Assembly (NCBI GenBank): GCA_036570165.1
Contig: DATCPI010000116.1
Span: 28,107-92,106, forward strand
Source of the DNA: Candidatus Dormiibacterota bacterium
GTDB taxonomy: Bacteria > Chloroflexota > Dormibacteria > Dormibacterales > Dormibacteraceae
Length of the DNA: 64,000 nucleotides
Reading direction: 5' to 3'
The notes below the pieces were generated by a model, which searched no databases, was not told the DNA's origin, and was given only the letters and a program-made list of their open reading frames with translations. This document shows, one piece after another, positions 27,757-36,577 of this stretch. The position numbers and the translations under genes were made by a program. Position 1 is the first letter of the stretch; each line of letters starts with the position of its first letter.

Positions 27757-28859
27757 AGCCGATCAAGCACCTCTACCTTCACATCCCGTTCTGCAAGCAC
27801 AAGTGCGGGTACTGCGACTTCAACGCGTATGCGGGCATGGACCGGCTGATGCCCGACTACGTCGACGCGCTCGAACGTGAGCTGTCCCTGGCGCGCGATC
27901 TCTACCCGTTCGAGCCCCTGGAGACCGTCTACCTCGGCGGAGGCACGCCGAGCCTGCTGCCCGCTGAGCTCGCGACCCGATTGCTCGGCTACATCCGGGC
28001 CAACTTCGACCTCGCTCCCGACGCCGAGGTCACGCTCGAAGCCAATCCGGCCAGCACCGACGAGGCAAAGTTGACCGCCTGGCAGGAAGGCGGCGTCAAC
28101 CGCCTCAGCCTCGGCGTCCAGGGTTTTGACGGACGCGCGCTCGCGGTGCTGGAGCGAAGGACGGACGCCGCCCAGGCGACCCGCGCCTTCGAGCTCGCCC
28201 GTTCGATGGGGATGCGCAACATCAGCATCGACCTGATCTATGCGGTCCCGTTCCAGGATCTCGAGTCATGGCTGGAGACGCTGCGCCGCGGGCTTGCGCT
28301 CGGTCCCGACCACGTCTCGACGTACTGCCTCACGTTCGAGGAAGGCACCCTTTTGTGGCGCCGTCGCGCTGCGGGTCGGGTACCCGAGGTCGATTCCGAC
28401 CTGCAATGGGACCAGCTCGACGCAGCGTGTGTCGAGATGGAGCGGGCTGGTTTCCGACGCTATGAGGTCTCGAGCTGGGCCCGACCAGGATTCGAATCGG
28501 GACACAACCAGGCGTACTGGCGGTGCCGGCCGGTGTATGGAGCCGGTGCCGGTGCGCACTCGTATGCCACCGACGGCTTGACCGCTCGCCGGTGGTGGAA
28601 CGTCGCCAGGCCTCGTGACTACATTGCCGCGTGCCCCAAGCCAGTGGCGGATGGGGAGGACCTGGCGGCCCGCAAGACGGCGGCCGAGTTTCTGATGTTG
28701 GGCCTACGGACCGCGGAGGGGATCGCGCCCCCGGCGGGGTTCGACTCCGAGCTCGCCCAGCTGGCGACGGGCGGCCTCATCGACTATGTCGACGGCCGGG
28801 CCGTGCCGACCCGGCGCGGCATGGACCTGCACAACCAGATCGCGCTCGCGGTACTTTAG
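27753..28859 (+). CDS. hemW: Radical SAM heme chaperone HemW (HemN-like, oxygen-independent coproporphyrinogen oxidase family)
   Basis: LYLHIPFCKHKCGYCDF (CxxxCxxC), GGGTPS, and a HemN_C-like end. Confidence 0.9.
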   Translation: MKPIKHLYLHIPFCKHKCGYCDFNAYAGMDRLMPDYVDALERELSLARDLYPFEPLETVYLGGGTPSLLPAELATRLLGYIRANFDLAPDAEVTLEANPASTDEAKLTAWQEGGVNRLSLGVQGFDGRALAVLERRTDAAQATRAFELARSMGMRNISIDLIYAVPFQDLESWLETLRRGLALGPDHVSTYCLTFEEGTLLWRRRAAGRVPEVDSDLQWDQLDAACVEMERAGFRRYEVSSWARPGFESGHNQAYWRCRPVYGAGAGAHSYATDGLTARRWWNVARPRDYIAACPKPVADGEDLAARKTAAEFLMLGLRTAEGIAPPAGFDSELAQLATGGLIDYVDGRAVPTRRGMDLHNQIALAVL

Positions 28860-28862
28860 TAC

Positions 28863-28889
28863 CTAGCACTCTGCCTGGCAGAGTGCTGA
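28863..28889 (+). promoter_or_regulatory. CIRCE operator (HrcA binding site)
   Basis: CTAGCACTC-TGCCTGGCA-GAGTGCTGA, compared with the consensus TTAGCACTC-N9-GAGTGCTAA. It lies 6 nt upstream of the hrcA ATG. Confidence 0.85.
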
Positions 28890-28894
28890 AAGCC

Positions 28895-29905
28895 ATGGAA
28901 AACAGGAAACAGGCGATCCTTCGGGCGGTGGTGAAGGAGTTCACCACGAGCGCCGTGCCCGTCGGTTCCCAGGCGCTCCAGAGCCGCTACTTCGTCAATC
29001 TCTCGTCCGCGACGATCCGGAGCGAGCTGGCTGAGCTCGCCGATCTGGGCTACCTGGCCCAGCCGCACACCTCGGCCGGCCGGGTGCCGACCGACTCGGG
29101 TTATCGGTACTTCGTCGACTTTCTAATGGACCTCGAGACGATCCCCGAACAGGTCGGGTCTTTCATCGACCACGAGCTCCGGCAGGCGCCCGCGGACGTC
29201 CAGGGCATGGTCGAGAAGGTGGCGATGACGCTTGCCGCCGTGACCCAGAACGCGTCCGTCGCCAGCGCGCCGCAGGGCTCGCAAGCTCGGATCAAGCACC
29301 TGGACCTGGTTTCCCTCGAGCCAACCGAGGTGCTGCTGATCCTCCTGCTGGAGGGGAACCTCCTCCGCCAGCAGGTGGTCACCGTCACGCAGGAAGCAAC
29401 CCAGGCCGAGCTCACCGCGCTCACCGCGAGGTTCAACTCGACGCTCTCCGGCCAGGGAAGCGAGGACGCACGCCGCCTCTACGACAGCGCCGAGCTTGGG
29501 CTCGAAAAGGAGCTGCTTGGACGGGTCGTGACCGTGCTCGACATCTACGAGCAGGGCTCCGAAAGCCTTGTCGTCCACGATGGCGTCCGCAACCTGCTGC
29601 GACAGCCTGAGTTTGCGGAATCCTCGCGCCTTCACCAGGTGCTGGAGGTGCTGGAGGAGACCCGCTACCTGACCGTGCTGCTCCGCCAACTCATCGGCGA
29701 GTCAGACCTCCAGATCGTAATCGGGTCCGAAAACGCCTCGAGCCAGCTGCAGGGATGTGCCGTGGTGCTGACGACATATGGTCCGTCCAACCGGCTCAAG
29801 GGCGTGCTTGGCGTGATCGGGCCGACGCGCATGGCGTACAGCCAGACGGTCGCCCGTCTCCAGGCGGTCGCCCGCAGCGCGAGCGAGCGCATGGCCGAGC
29901 AGTGA
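28895..29905 (+). CDS. hrcA: Heat-inducible transcription repressor HrcA
   Basis: MENRKQAILRAVVKEFTTSAVPVGSQAL is the winged-helix N-terminus. The upstream part of the 424-aa ORF overlaps hemW in another frame. Confidence 0.9.
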   Translation: MENRKQAILRAVVKEFTTSAVPVGSQALQSRYFVNLSSATIRSELAELADLGYLAQPHTSAGRVPTDSGYRYFVDFLMDLETIPEQVGSFIDHELRQAPADVQGMVEKVAMTLAAVTQNASVASAPQGSQARIKHLDLVSLEPTEVLLILLLEGNLLRQQVVTVTQEATQAELTALTARFNSTLSGQGSEDARRLYDSAELGLEKELLGRVVTVLDIYEQGSESLVVHDGVRNLLRQPEFAESSRLHQVLEVLEETRYLTVLLRQLIGESDLQIVIGSENASSQLQGCAVVLTTYGPSNRLKGVLGVIGPTRMAYSQTVARLQAVARSASERMAEQ

Positions 29906-29952
29906 GGCTCTGAAAGTTTGAAACTGCGCTTTTTCGCGGTATCTAGCAATTA

Positions 29953-30519
29953 ATGACCACGCGCAAGCATCCACACGACCCGCACGAGCCAGAGCTGCGC
30001 AGCGAAACGGTCGATGGGCCGGATTCTCGGGCCGTCGCTTCGATGGAAGCCAAGATCGCCGAGCTGGAATCAGCGCTCGCCGAGACCAAGGACCGCTACC
30101 TGAGACTGGCCGCCGACTTCGACAACTTCAAAAAGCGGACTCGCCAGGGCCAGCTGGACACGATCCAGCACGCGTCTGCAGATCTGATCGCCCGGCTCCT
30201 GCCCGCCCTCGACGACCTGCGCAAGGCGCTCGACCACAGGCCGGATGACGTTGACGAGGCATGGGTCAAGGGCCTCGAGCTAAGCGTCCGCAAGCTCGAG
30301 GAGGCGCTCGGTGCGCACGGCCTGGAGCCGATCCAAGCCGTCGGCGAGAGCTTCGACCCGAAGCTCCACGAGGCGATCGGGTATGAAGAGTCCGCTGAGC
30401 ACCCTGAGGACACGGTGACCTCAGAGCTGCGGCGCGGCTACCGGATCCGCGACCGTGTCGTCAGGCCGGCGCTCGTGAAGCTGGCGCGGCCGCCCGCGCT
30501 TCCAACCTCAGACAGCTAA
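29953..30519 (+). CDS. grpE: Nucleotide exchange factor GrpE
   Basis: YLRLAADFDNFKKRT and FDPKLHEAI motifs. Confidence 0.9.
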   Translation: MTTRKHPHDPHEPELRSETVDGPDSRAVASMEAKIAELESALAETKDRYLRLAADFDNFKKRTRQGQLDTIQHASADLIARLLPALDDLRKALDHRPDDVDEAWVKGLELSVRKLEEALGAHGLEPIQAVGESFDPKLHEAIGYEESAEHPEDTVTSELRRGYRIRDRVVRPALVKLARPPALPTSDS

Positions 30520-30535
30520 CCCCACAGACGATAAT

Positions 30536-31657
30536 TTGGCAGTCAAGCGCGACTACTACGAGGTCCTGGGTGTGGCCCGTCAGTGCTCTCCCGAGGACCT
30601 CAAGCGCGCCTTTCGCAAGATCGCGATGGACTCGCACCCCGACCGCAACCCTGACGACCCCATCGCGTCCGTCCGGTTCAAGGAAGCCAGCGAGGCGTAC
30701 GGCGTGCTCTCCGACCCAGGACGGCGTCGCACGTACGACATGTTCGGCCACGCCGCGGTCGAGTCGGGCGGTGGACCCGGCGTCGACTTTTCCGACATGC
30801 CGTTCGCGGACATTTTCGACACCTTTTTCGGCGGGGGTTTCAGCGGTCGCGCGAGACGCGAAAGGTCCAACCGCGGCGACGATCTCCGGTACGACCTGAC
30901 GATCACCTTCGACGAGGCGTTCACCGGCGTCGAAAAGCAGGTCGACATCGCGAGACTTGCCACCTGCGACCGATGCTCCGGCAGCGGCGCCGAGCCTGGT
31001 ACAGGCGAGGAGACGTGCCCTGGGTGTCGCGGGTCGGGCCAGGTCCGGCGGCAAGCGCAATCGATCTTCGGCCAGGTCGTGACCACGGCCACCTGTCCAA
31101 CCTGCCGTGGTGCGGGCAGGCTGCTCAAGAACCCGTGCCTGGAATGCCGCGGCCAGGGCCGCATCCAAAAGCCGAAACGACTCGCGGTCAAGATTCCGGC
31201 CGGCGTGGACACCGGCTCGCAGATTCGGATCAGCGGGGAGGGGGAGTCCGGGCTCAGGGGCGGCCAGCCAGGAGACCTCTACGTCGTCCTGCGCGTCAAG
31301 GCCCACCCGCATCTCGCCAGGCACGAGCAGGACGTCGTGTACGAGCTCCGCGTCAACATGGTCCAGGCGGCGCTCGGCGACCGGATCGAGATCCCGACGC
31401 TCGAAGGGACGGTCGAGATCGCCATCCCGGGCGGAACTCAGAACGGCCAGTCGTTCCGCCTTGCCGGGCGCGGCATGCCGGACGTCCGGGGCGGACGCCG
31501 CGGCGACCAGTACGTCGTGGTCCAGGTGGTCGTCCCCAAGGACTTGACCCCGGAGCAGAAGGCTCTCCTCCGCAAGGTGGGCGGGCTCACCGGCAAGCCC
31601 GAGAAGGTGGCCAGGGGCTTCTTCGAGAAGCTTCGGGACGCCATCAGCCTGGATTGA
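30536..31657 (+). CDS. dnaJ: Molecular chaperone DnaJ
   Basis: DYYEVLGV...HPDRN J-domain, a G/F region, and four CxxCxG repeats (CDRCSGSG, CPGCRGSG, CPTCRGAG, CLECRGQG). TTG start. Confidence 0.95.
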   Translation: MAVKRDYYEVLGVARQCSPEDLKRAFRKIAMDSHPDRNPDDPIASVRFKEASEAYGVLSDPGRRRTYDMFGHAAVESGGGPGVDFSDMPFADIFDTFFGGGFSGRARRERSNRGDDLRYDLTITFDEAFTGVEKQVDIARLATCDRCSGSGAEPGTGEETCPGCRGSGQVRRQAQSIFGQVVTTATCPTCRGAGRLLKNPCLECRGQGRIQKPKRLAVKIPAGVDTGSQIRISGEGESGLRGGQPGDLYVVLRVKAHPHLARHEQDVVYELRVNMVQAALGDRIEIPTLEGTVEIAIPGGTQNGQSFRLAGRGMPDVRGGRRGDQYVVVQVVVPKDLTPEQKALLRKVGGLTGKPEKVARGFFEKLRDAISLD

Positions 31658-31771
31658 ACCTGGTTCTGAGCAACTTTTAAGGTTTCGGGCTTAAGCTGGC
31701 ATAACTTCTGGGTCGATGGGGTAGTTATTAGATCCGGCAGTAGCTTTGGGCCGTATATAAGAAGGAAGAGA

Positions 31772-32062
31772 GTGGCAAAGACGATCGATCTGGAGTTGAC
31801 GCGGGCCGAAGTGGAGGTCCTGGAGCTGGAAGCCCGGCTGCGGGTGGTTCCCATGAACGACACCCAGCTTTCCGACGCCCTGAAAACCGCCCTGGCAGCC
31901 AAGAAGGACCGTCTGATCAAGCTGCGGACGCTGCACGCCGCCGCCGGCCGGGCTGCCAACTCGGACAAGGACCAGGACAAGGCCAGCGCCCTCCACGCCC
32001 TGCGCCGGCCGCCGCTCAAGCGCACGGTCCCCCAGCGCCCGCAGGCCAAACCCGGCAAGTAA
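31772..32062 (+). CDS. Small hypothetical protein (coiled-coil N-terminus, basic C-terminus)
   Basis: GTG start preceded by GAAGGAAGAG. No family recognised. Coding status is supported only by ORF length and an RBS-like purine run. Confidence 0.35.
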   Translation: MAKTIDLELTRAEVEVLELEARLRVVPMNDTQLSDALKTALAAKKDRLIKLRTLHAAAGRAANSDKDQDKASALHALRRPPLKRTVPQRPQAKPGK

Positions 32063-32151
32063 CCCGCAAGTAACGGGAAGATCCGGCTCGGCCCCGTAAC
32101 CCAGCCGGACAGGCGGCCGAAGCGCACTGAACTGCGGGTTCGACCGTTATC

Positions 32152-35100
32152 GTGATCGAGTTGGCGAGCGATCAAGAGGCGTCCCTGCCTACGTCCACAA
32201 CCTCTTCCGCCCTGGACGCGGTAGCCGAATGGGCCAATGAGGGCCGGCGGCTGCATCGGTGGGCGCGACTCCTTCCCGTCATCACCGGGATCGCCGCCAC
32301 GCTCATCCTGGCTGCGGTCGGCTACCGGCTGTGGAGGGCGGACGTCGGCGCCGGTGAGCTGGTGGCCTGGGGTGGGGCTCTCTTCGTCCTGGCCGGCCTG
32401 GCTTACCTCAGCCAGCGCGTGCTCGACCGCAGCCTGGCGCGGCAGGCCCAACGACAGGCCTCGCTCCTCCAGGCGATCAGCGACATCGGCGAAGGGCTGG
32501 TGATCACGGAGAACGGCCGCTACATTGCCTCCAACGCCGCGTACCAAACCCTGACCGGGTACGACGCCGCCGAGCTCAGGGCCTTTGGATCTCTGATCGA
32601 GCTGGCCCCCGAAGAGGAGCGCCAGGGGCTGACCGACCAGCTTTCCAGCCGTTTGGTCGGCGGCGACGTGCCGCACCGCTACGAATCGGCGCTGATGACG
32701 AAGGATGGGCGCCACATCCAGGTCGAGACCGCCGTCCGCCGCCTGGCCGCCGAAGGCAAGCACCGGCTGCTCGCCCTCGTTCACGACATCAGCGAGCGGC
32801 ACCGCATGGAGGAGGCCGAGCGCGAGAGCGAGACGAGGTTCCGCACCCTGTTCGAGCAGGCTCAGGCGGGCATGGCCTTCGCGGCGCTGGACGGCCACAT
32901 CACCACCGTGAACCCCGCTTTTTGCCAGTTGGTGGGCTTCAGCCACGCCGAGCTTTCAAATCTGTCGCTGATCGACATCACCTACCCCGAAGAGGTCCCC
33001 GCCCTTCAGCAGGCGATGTCCCGCATGCTGGCGGGCCAGGAAGAGGGGACACGCATTGAGATGCGATACACCCGAAAGGACGGCGAGCCGGTTTGGGTAG
33101 ACGTCACGACCCGACTCGTGCGTGGCCCAGACAACAATCCGCTGTACCTCCAAACCGTCGCGGTCGACATTCGCGACCGCAAGCGAGCCGAGGTTCTGCA
33201 AGCGGCCCGTTTCGCGGTCACCCAGGCGCTGGTCACCTCGCCGGGCTGGGAAAAGGCGGCGCCGGGCGTCCTCGAAGGGCTGTGCATGACGCTCGATTGG
33301 GAGCTTGCCGAGTACTGGGAGGTCGATGCGGAACGCGAAGCGATGCACTTTGTGACCTCATGGAAAAGGCCGGGGCGGGACACTTCGAGCTACGAGGCCA
33401 CCGCGTCTCAGACGAGCTACAAGCGCGGCGAGGGATTGGCGGGGCGAGTATGGGAAACGGGTACTCCCGTTTCGATACAGGACGTCGCCTCCGACGATTC
33501 GCCACGCTCGGCCGCCGCCGTCGCCGCGGGCCTAAAGGGAATCGTGGGATTCCCGGTGCGGAGCGGGCGCCGGGTCGTTGGGATGATCGCGCTTCACACG
33601 TGGGCGCCGCGCGACCTCGACGAGGGCTTGCTAGCGGTCATGAACGACGTCGGTTCGCAGATCGGCGAGTTCGTCGAGCGCAAGCGCGCCGAGGTGGCGC
33701 TGCAGGAGAGCGAAAAGCGGATGCGCTCAGTCCTCGACAACGTCTCGGACGGGATCGCCACGATCGAGCAGACAGGCATCATCGAGTCCGCCAACCCGGC
33801 TGTCGTCAAGCTGTTCGGCTATTCAGAGCAGGACCTGGTCGGTCAGCAGGCGGACGTGCTGATCGCGACCACGCATCGCAGCGCGTTCATCAACTACCTG
33901 GAACGGCGGCTCAAGCTCGACATCCCGGTCAGCGGCGCGCACGAGACGATGGGCAAGCGCAAGAACGGAAGCCTTTTTCCTCTCGAGTTCGTCGTCAGCT
34001 CGATGCAGATCGGCTCGCGTCATGTGTTCATCGCCACGCTCCGCGACATCTCGGAGCGCAAGGCGCACACCGATGCGCTCGAGTACCAGGCTCTGCACGA
34101 CGCGCTGACCGGGCTGCCAAATCGCAGCCTTTTCGGCGACCGCCTCCGCCAGGCGCTGTTGGCGGCGCGCCGCAACCAGAAGATGTTCGGCGTTCTGCTG
34201 CTCGACCTCGATCGCTTCAAGGACATCAACGACGCGCTCGGTCACGACCGCGGTGACAGCCTGCTGCAAGAGGTGACCGCGCGCCTGCGCGGCGTCCTGC
34301 GTGCGACCGACACGATTGCCCGGCTCGGCGGTGACGAGTTCGCGGTGCTCACCACCGACGCCAAGCATCCCGATGACGTGGTGTCCACCGCACGCAAAAT
34401 CCTGGCCGCCCTCGAAGGGCCTTTCGCGATCGCCGACCAGATGGTCGAGACAGGCGCCTCGATCGGCATCGCGATGTACCCCGTCCACGGGGACGATCCG
34501 AGCACGCTGCTGCGCCGCGCGGACGTTGCGATGTACGTTGCCAAGCGCTCGGGCGGCGGGTTCGCCGTGTACGCGCCGGAGCAGGAGGCGCAGACGCTGC
34601 GCCGTTCCGGGCTGGCCGGCGAGCTGCGGCGGTCGATCCCCCAGGGTGAGCTCGTCCTGCATTACCAACCTCAGGTCACCCTCGCCACTGGCGCGATTCA
34701 TTCGGTCGAGGCGCTGGTGCGCTGGAACCATCCCCGAGAAGGGCTCATGCCGCCCGACCGCTTCATCCCCATGGCCGAGGAGACCGGCATCATCCATCCG
34801 CTCACCGCGTGGGTCCTGGATTCAGCGCTCGCGCAGCTGGTCAAGTGGCTCGAGGACGGGCTGGACGTTTCCGTATCGCTCAACGTGTCGCCTCGCAACA
34901 TCGAAGACCACTCGTTGGAGGAGATGGTCGCGAGGGCCCTCGGCACGTTCAAAGTCGAGCCGCAGCGGCTCACGCTCGAGATCACAGAGGGTGTGGCGAT
35001 GGCCGCGGCCGCGGCCAAGGCGCTGCACAGGTTGAACGAGATGGGTGTGCGGCTGGCCCTCGACGATTTCGGGACCGGCTACTCCTCGCTGCTGTACCTC

Positions 35101-35382
35101 ATGCGCCTACCGGTTAACGAGATCAAGATCGACCGCTCATTCGTGTCGGCACTCGCCTCCGACCCTGACTCGGGCGCGATAGTGCGCTCGGCCGTCGGGC
35201 TGGGTCATAACCTCGGCCTGCGAGTGGTCGCGGAAGGTCTGCAGGACCGCGCCGCGGAAGCCATCCTGATCGAAGCCGGCTGTGATGCGGCGCAGGGATT
35301 CCTGGTGGGGCGGCCGACCGCCGAGCGCGACATGACGGACCTCCTGCTTGCTCACTCAGGCCTCGCCAAACAGCTGGACTGA
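32152..35382 (+). CDS. Membrane-anchored PAS-PAS-GAF-PAS-GGDEF-EAL c-di-GMP signalling protein
   Basis: Two N-terminal TM segments and repeated PAS-like blocks (VITENGRY..., ...TVNPAFCQLVGFSHAEL, ...ESANPAVVKLFGYSEQDL). I-site RATD sits 5 aa before an intact RLGGDEFAV. Intact EAL (VEALVRW), DDFGTGYSSL and EIKIDRSF. Confidence 0.9.
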   Translation: MIELASDQEASLPTSTTSSALDAVAEWANEGRRLHRWARLLPVITGIAATLILAAVGYRLWRADVGAGELVAWGGALFVLAGLAYLSQRVLDRSLARQAQRQASLLQAISDIGEGLVITENGRYIASNAAYQTLTGYDAAELRAFGSLIELAPEEERQGLTDQLSSRLVGGDVPHRYESALMTKDGRHIQVETAVRRLAAEGKHRLLALVHDISERHRMEEAERESETRFRTLFEQAQAGMAFAALDGHITTVNPAFCQLVGFSHAELSNLSLIDITYPEEVPALQQAMSRMLAGQEEGTRIEMRYTRKDGEPVWVDVTTRLVRGPDNNPLYLQTVAVDIRDRKRAEVLQAARFAVTQALVTSPGWEKAAPGVLEGLCMTLDWELAEYWEVDAEREAMHFVTSWKRPGRDTSSYEATASQTSYKRGEGLAGRVWETGTPVSIQDVASDDSPRSAAAVAAGLKGIVGFPVRSGRRVVGMIALHTWAPRDLDEGLLAVMNDVGSQIGEFVERKRAEVALQESEKRMRSVLDNVSDGIATIEQTGIIESANPAVVKLFGYSEQDLVGQQADVLIATTHRSAFINYLERRLKLDIPVSGAHETMGKRKNGSLFPLEFVVSSMQIGSRHVFIATLRDISERKAHTDALEYQALHDALTGLPNRSLFGDRLRQALLAARRNQKMFGVLLLDLDRFKDINDALGHDRGDSLLQEVTARLRGVLRATDTIARLGGDEFAVLTTDAKHPDDVVSTARKILAALEGPFAIADQMVETGASIGIAMYPVHGDDPSTLLRRADVAMYVAKRSGGGFAVYAPEQEAQTLRRSGLAGELRRSIPQGELVLHYQPQVTLATGAIHSVEALVRWNHPREGLMPPDRFIPMAEETGIIHPLTAWVLDSALAQLVKWLEDGLDVSVSLNVSPRNIEDHSLEEMVARALGTFKVEPQRLTLEITEGVAMAAAAAKALHRLNEMGVRLALDDFGTGYSSLLYLMRLPVNEIKIDRSFVSALASDPDSGAIVRSAVGLGHNLGLRVVAEGLQDRAAEAILIEAGCDAAQGFLVGRPTAERDMTDLLLAHSGLAKQLD

Positions 35383-35544
35383 GGTATGAGGGAAAACCCG
35401 GATGGTTTTCCCTCATCGCGCGTGTGGCTTCGCCGCAGGCGCTGCTCCCATTCCGGTATATCGATGGGACTTGATTAAGAGTCTGAAGCCGGCATCGCAT
35501 GGAGACAAAGAGACAAAGTCGCGACCGGGCGGAGCCCGGTCGCC
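35383..35544 (+). repeat. Hairpin-rich ~160-nt intergenic repeat, copy A (candidate structured RNA; strand tentative)
   Basis: About 92% identical (hand alignment) to 36417-36577. Hairpins: ATGAGGGAAAACC/GGTTTTCCCTCAT (35386-35416), GCGCGTGTGG/CCGCAGGCGC (35418-35442), TCCCAT/ATGGGA, and GCGACCGGG/CCCGGTCGC (35521-35543). Confidence 0.7.
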
Positions 35545-35556
35545 CCGGCCACGCTT

Positions 35557-36393
35557 GTGAAAGCGATTGTGCTCGGGGCCGCAGGGCAGCTTGGGTCGGC
35601 GCTTGCACGGCTGATCGGCGAGGACTCCGGTGTGACGCATGCGGAGGTGTCTGTCACCGATCAGCATGCTCTTGATGCTCTCCTGAACAGCCGGAGTCCG
35701 GAGCTGGTGTTCAACTGCGCCGCATACAACGCGGTGGACCGGGCAGAGGCGGAGCGGGCCCTGGCCTATGCGGTCAACTCGGAAGGCCCGGCCAACGTCG
35801 CCATGTCGTGCGCGCGCCATGGGGTCCGGCTCGTCCATTTCTCGACCAACTTCGTGTTCGACGGTGCCCTCGAGCGCCCTTACGTCGAGACCGACATTCC
35901 GGCGCCGCTCAGCGTCTACGGATCATCCAAGCTCGAGGGGGAGCAGAGGGTGCTGGATCTTCTGCCGGAGGCGCTCGTGATCAGGACCTCCGCAGTCTTT
36001 GGTGACACGGGCTCGGCAGTCAAGGGCGGGAGCTTCCCCGAACGGATCGTGTCGCGTGCCCGGCTCGGTCTGCCGCTGCGAGTTGTGGCCGACCAGAGGG
36101 TCAACCCGACTTACGCGGGCGACCTGGCCCCGGCCGCGATCAAGCTCGCGGAAAGCCGCCTGGAAGGTGTCGTCCATGTCGTCGCCGCGGGTTGCGCGGG
36201 CTGGGACGAATTCGCCCGTGCGGCGCTGTCGGAGCTGGGCGTCACTGCGAAGGTGGAAGCCATTGTGTCCGCCGAGCTGGCCACGCCTGCGGCAAGACCG
36301 CTCAACGGATGCCTTGAGTCCAGTCGGGCGGCCCCGCTGAGGCCCTGGCGGGAGGGGCTCCACGAATGGGCCGTGAGGCGTCGTGGAGCATAA
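35557..36393 (+). CDS. rmlD: dTDP-4-dehydrorhamnose reductase
   Basis: MKAIVLGAAGQLGSAL, FNCAAYNAVDRAE and STNFVFDG...PLSVYGSSKLEGE (YxxxK). GTG start. Confidence 0.8.
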   Translation: MKAIVLGAAGQLGSALARLIGEDSGVTHAEVSVTDQHALDALLNSRSPELVFNCAAYNAVDRAEAERALAYAVNSEGPANVAMSCARHGVRLVHFSTNFVFDGALERPYVETDIPAPLSVYGSSKLEGEQRVLDLLPEALVIRTSAVFGDTGSAVKGGSFPERIVSRARLGLPLRVVADQRVNPTYAGDLAPAAIKLAESRLEGVVHVVAAGCAGWDEFARAALSELGVTAKVEAIVSAELATPAARPLNGCLESSRAAPLRPWREGLHEWAVRRRGA

Positions 36394-36416
36394 AAAAGGC
36401 TCGGGCCGGGCGATTA

Positions 36417-36577
36417 GGTATGAGGGAACACCCGGATGGTTTTCCCTCATCGCGCGTGCGGCTTTGCCGCAGGCGCTGCTCCCATTCCGGTATACGGATG
36501 GGACTTGATAAGAGTCTGAAGCTGGCGTCGCGTGGAGACCAAAAAACAAAGTCGCGACCGGGCGAAGCCCGGTCGCC
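36417..36577 (+). repeat. Hairpin-rich ~160-nt intergenic repeat, copy B
   Basis: Direct-orientation copy of 35383-35544 with 13 differences including a 1-nt indel. It is flanked by a perfect 28-nt duplication (36388-36415 and 36594-36621). Confidence 0.7.

Noticed and set aside
31438-32946. 502-aa - strand ORF spanning the dnaJ end, the intergenic region and the GGDEF-EAL start
   Set aside because: It crosses two well-supported + strand genes and an AT-richer spacer. It has no motifs and a biased Arg/Gly/Ala composition, so it is a shadow ORF.
35383-35544. c-di-GMP (GEMM-I/II) or other known riboswitch directly after the GGDEF-EAL gene
   Set aside because: I cannot find the conserved GEMM, TPP, SAM, cobalamin, ykkC or fluoride core sequences as I remember them. 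The element is also duplicated downstream of rmlD, which is unusual for a riboswitch. It is kept as an unknown structured repeat instead.
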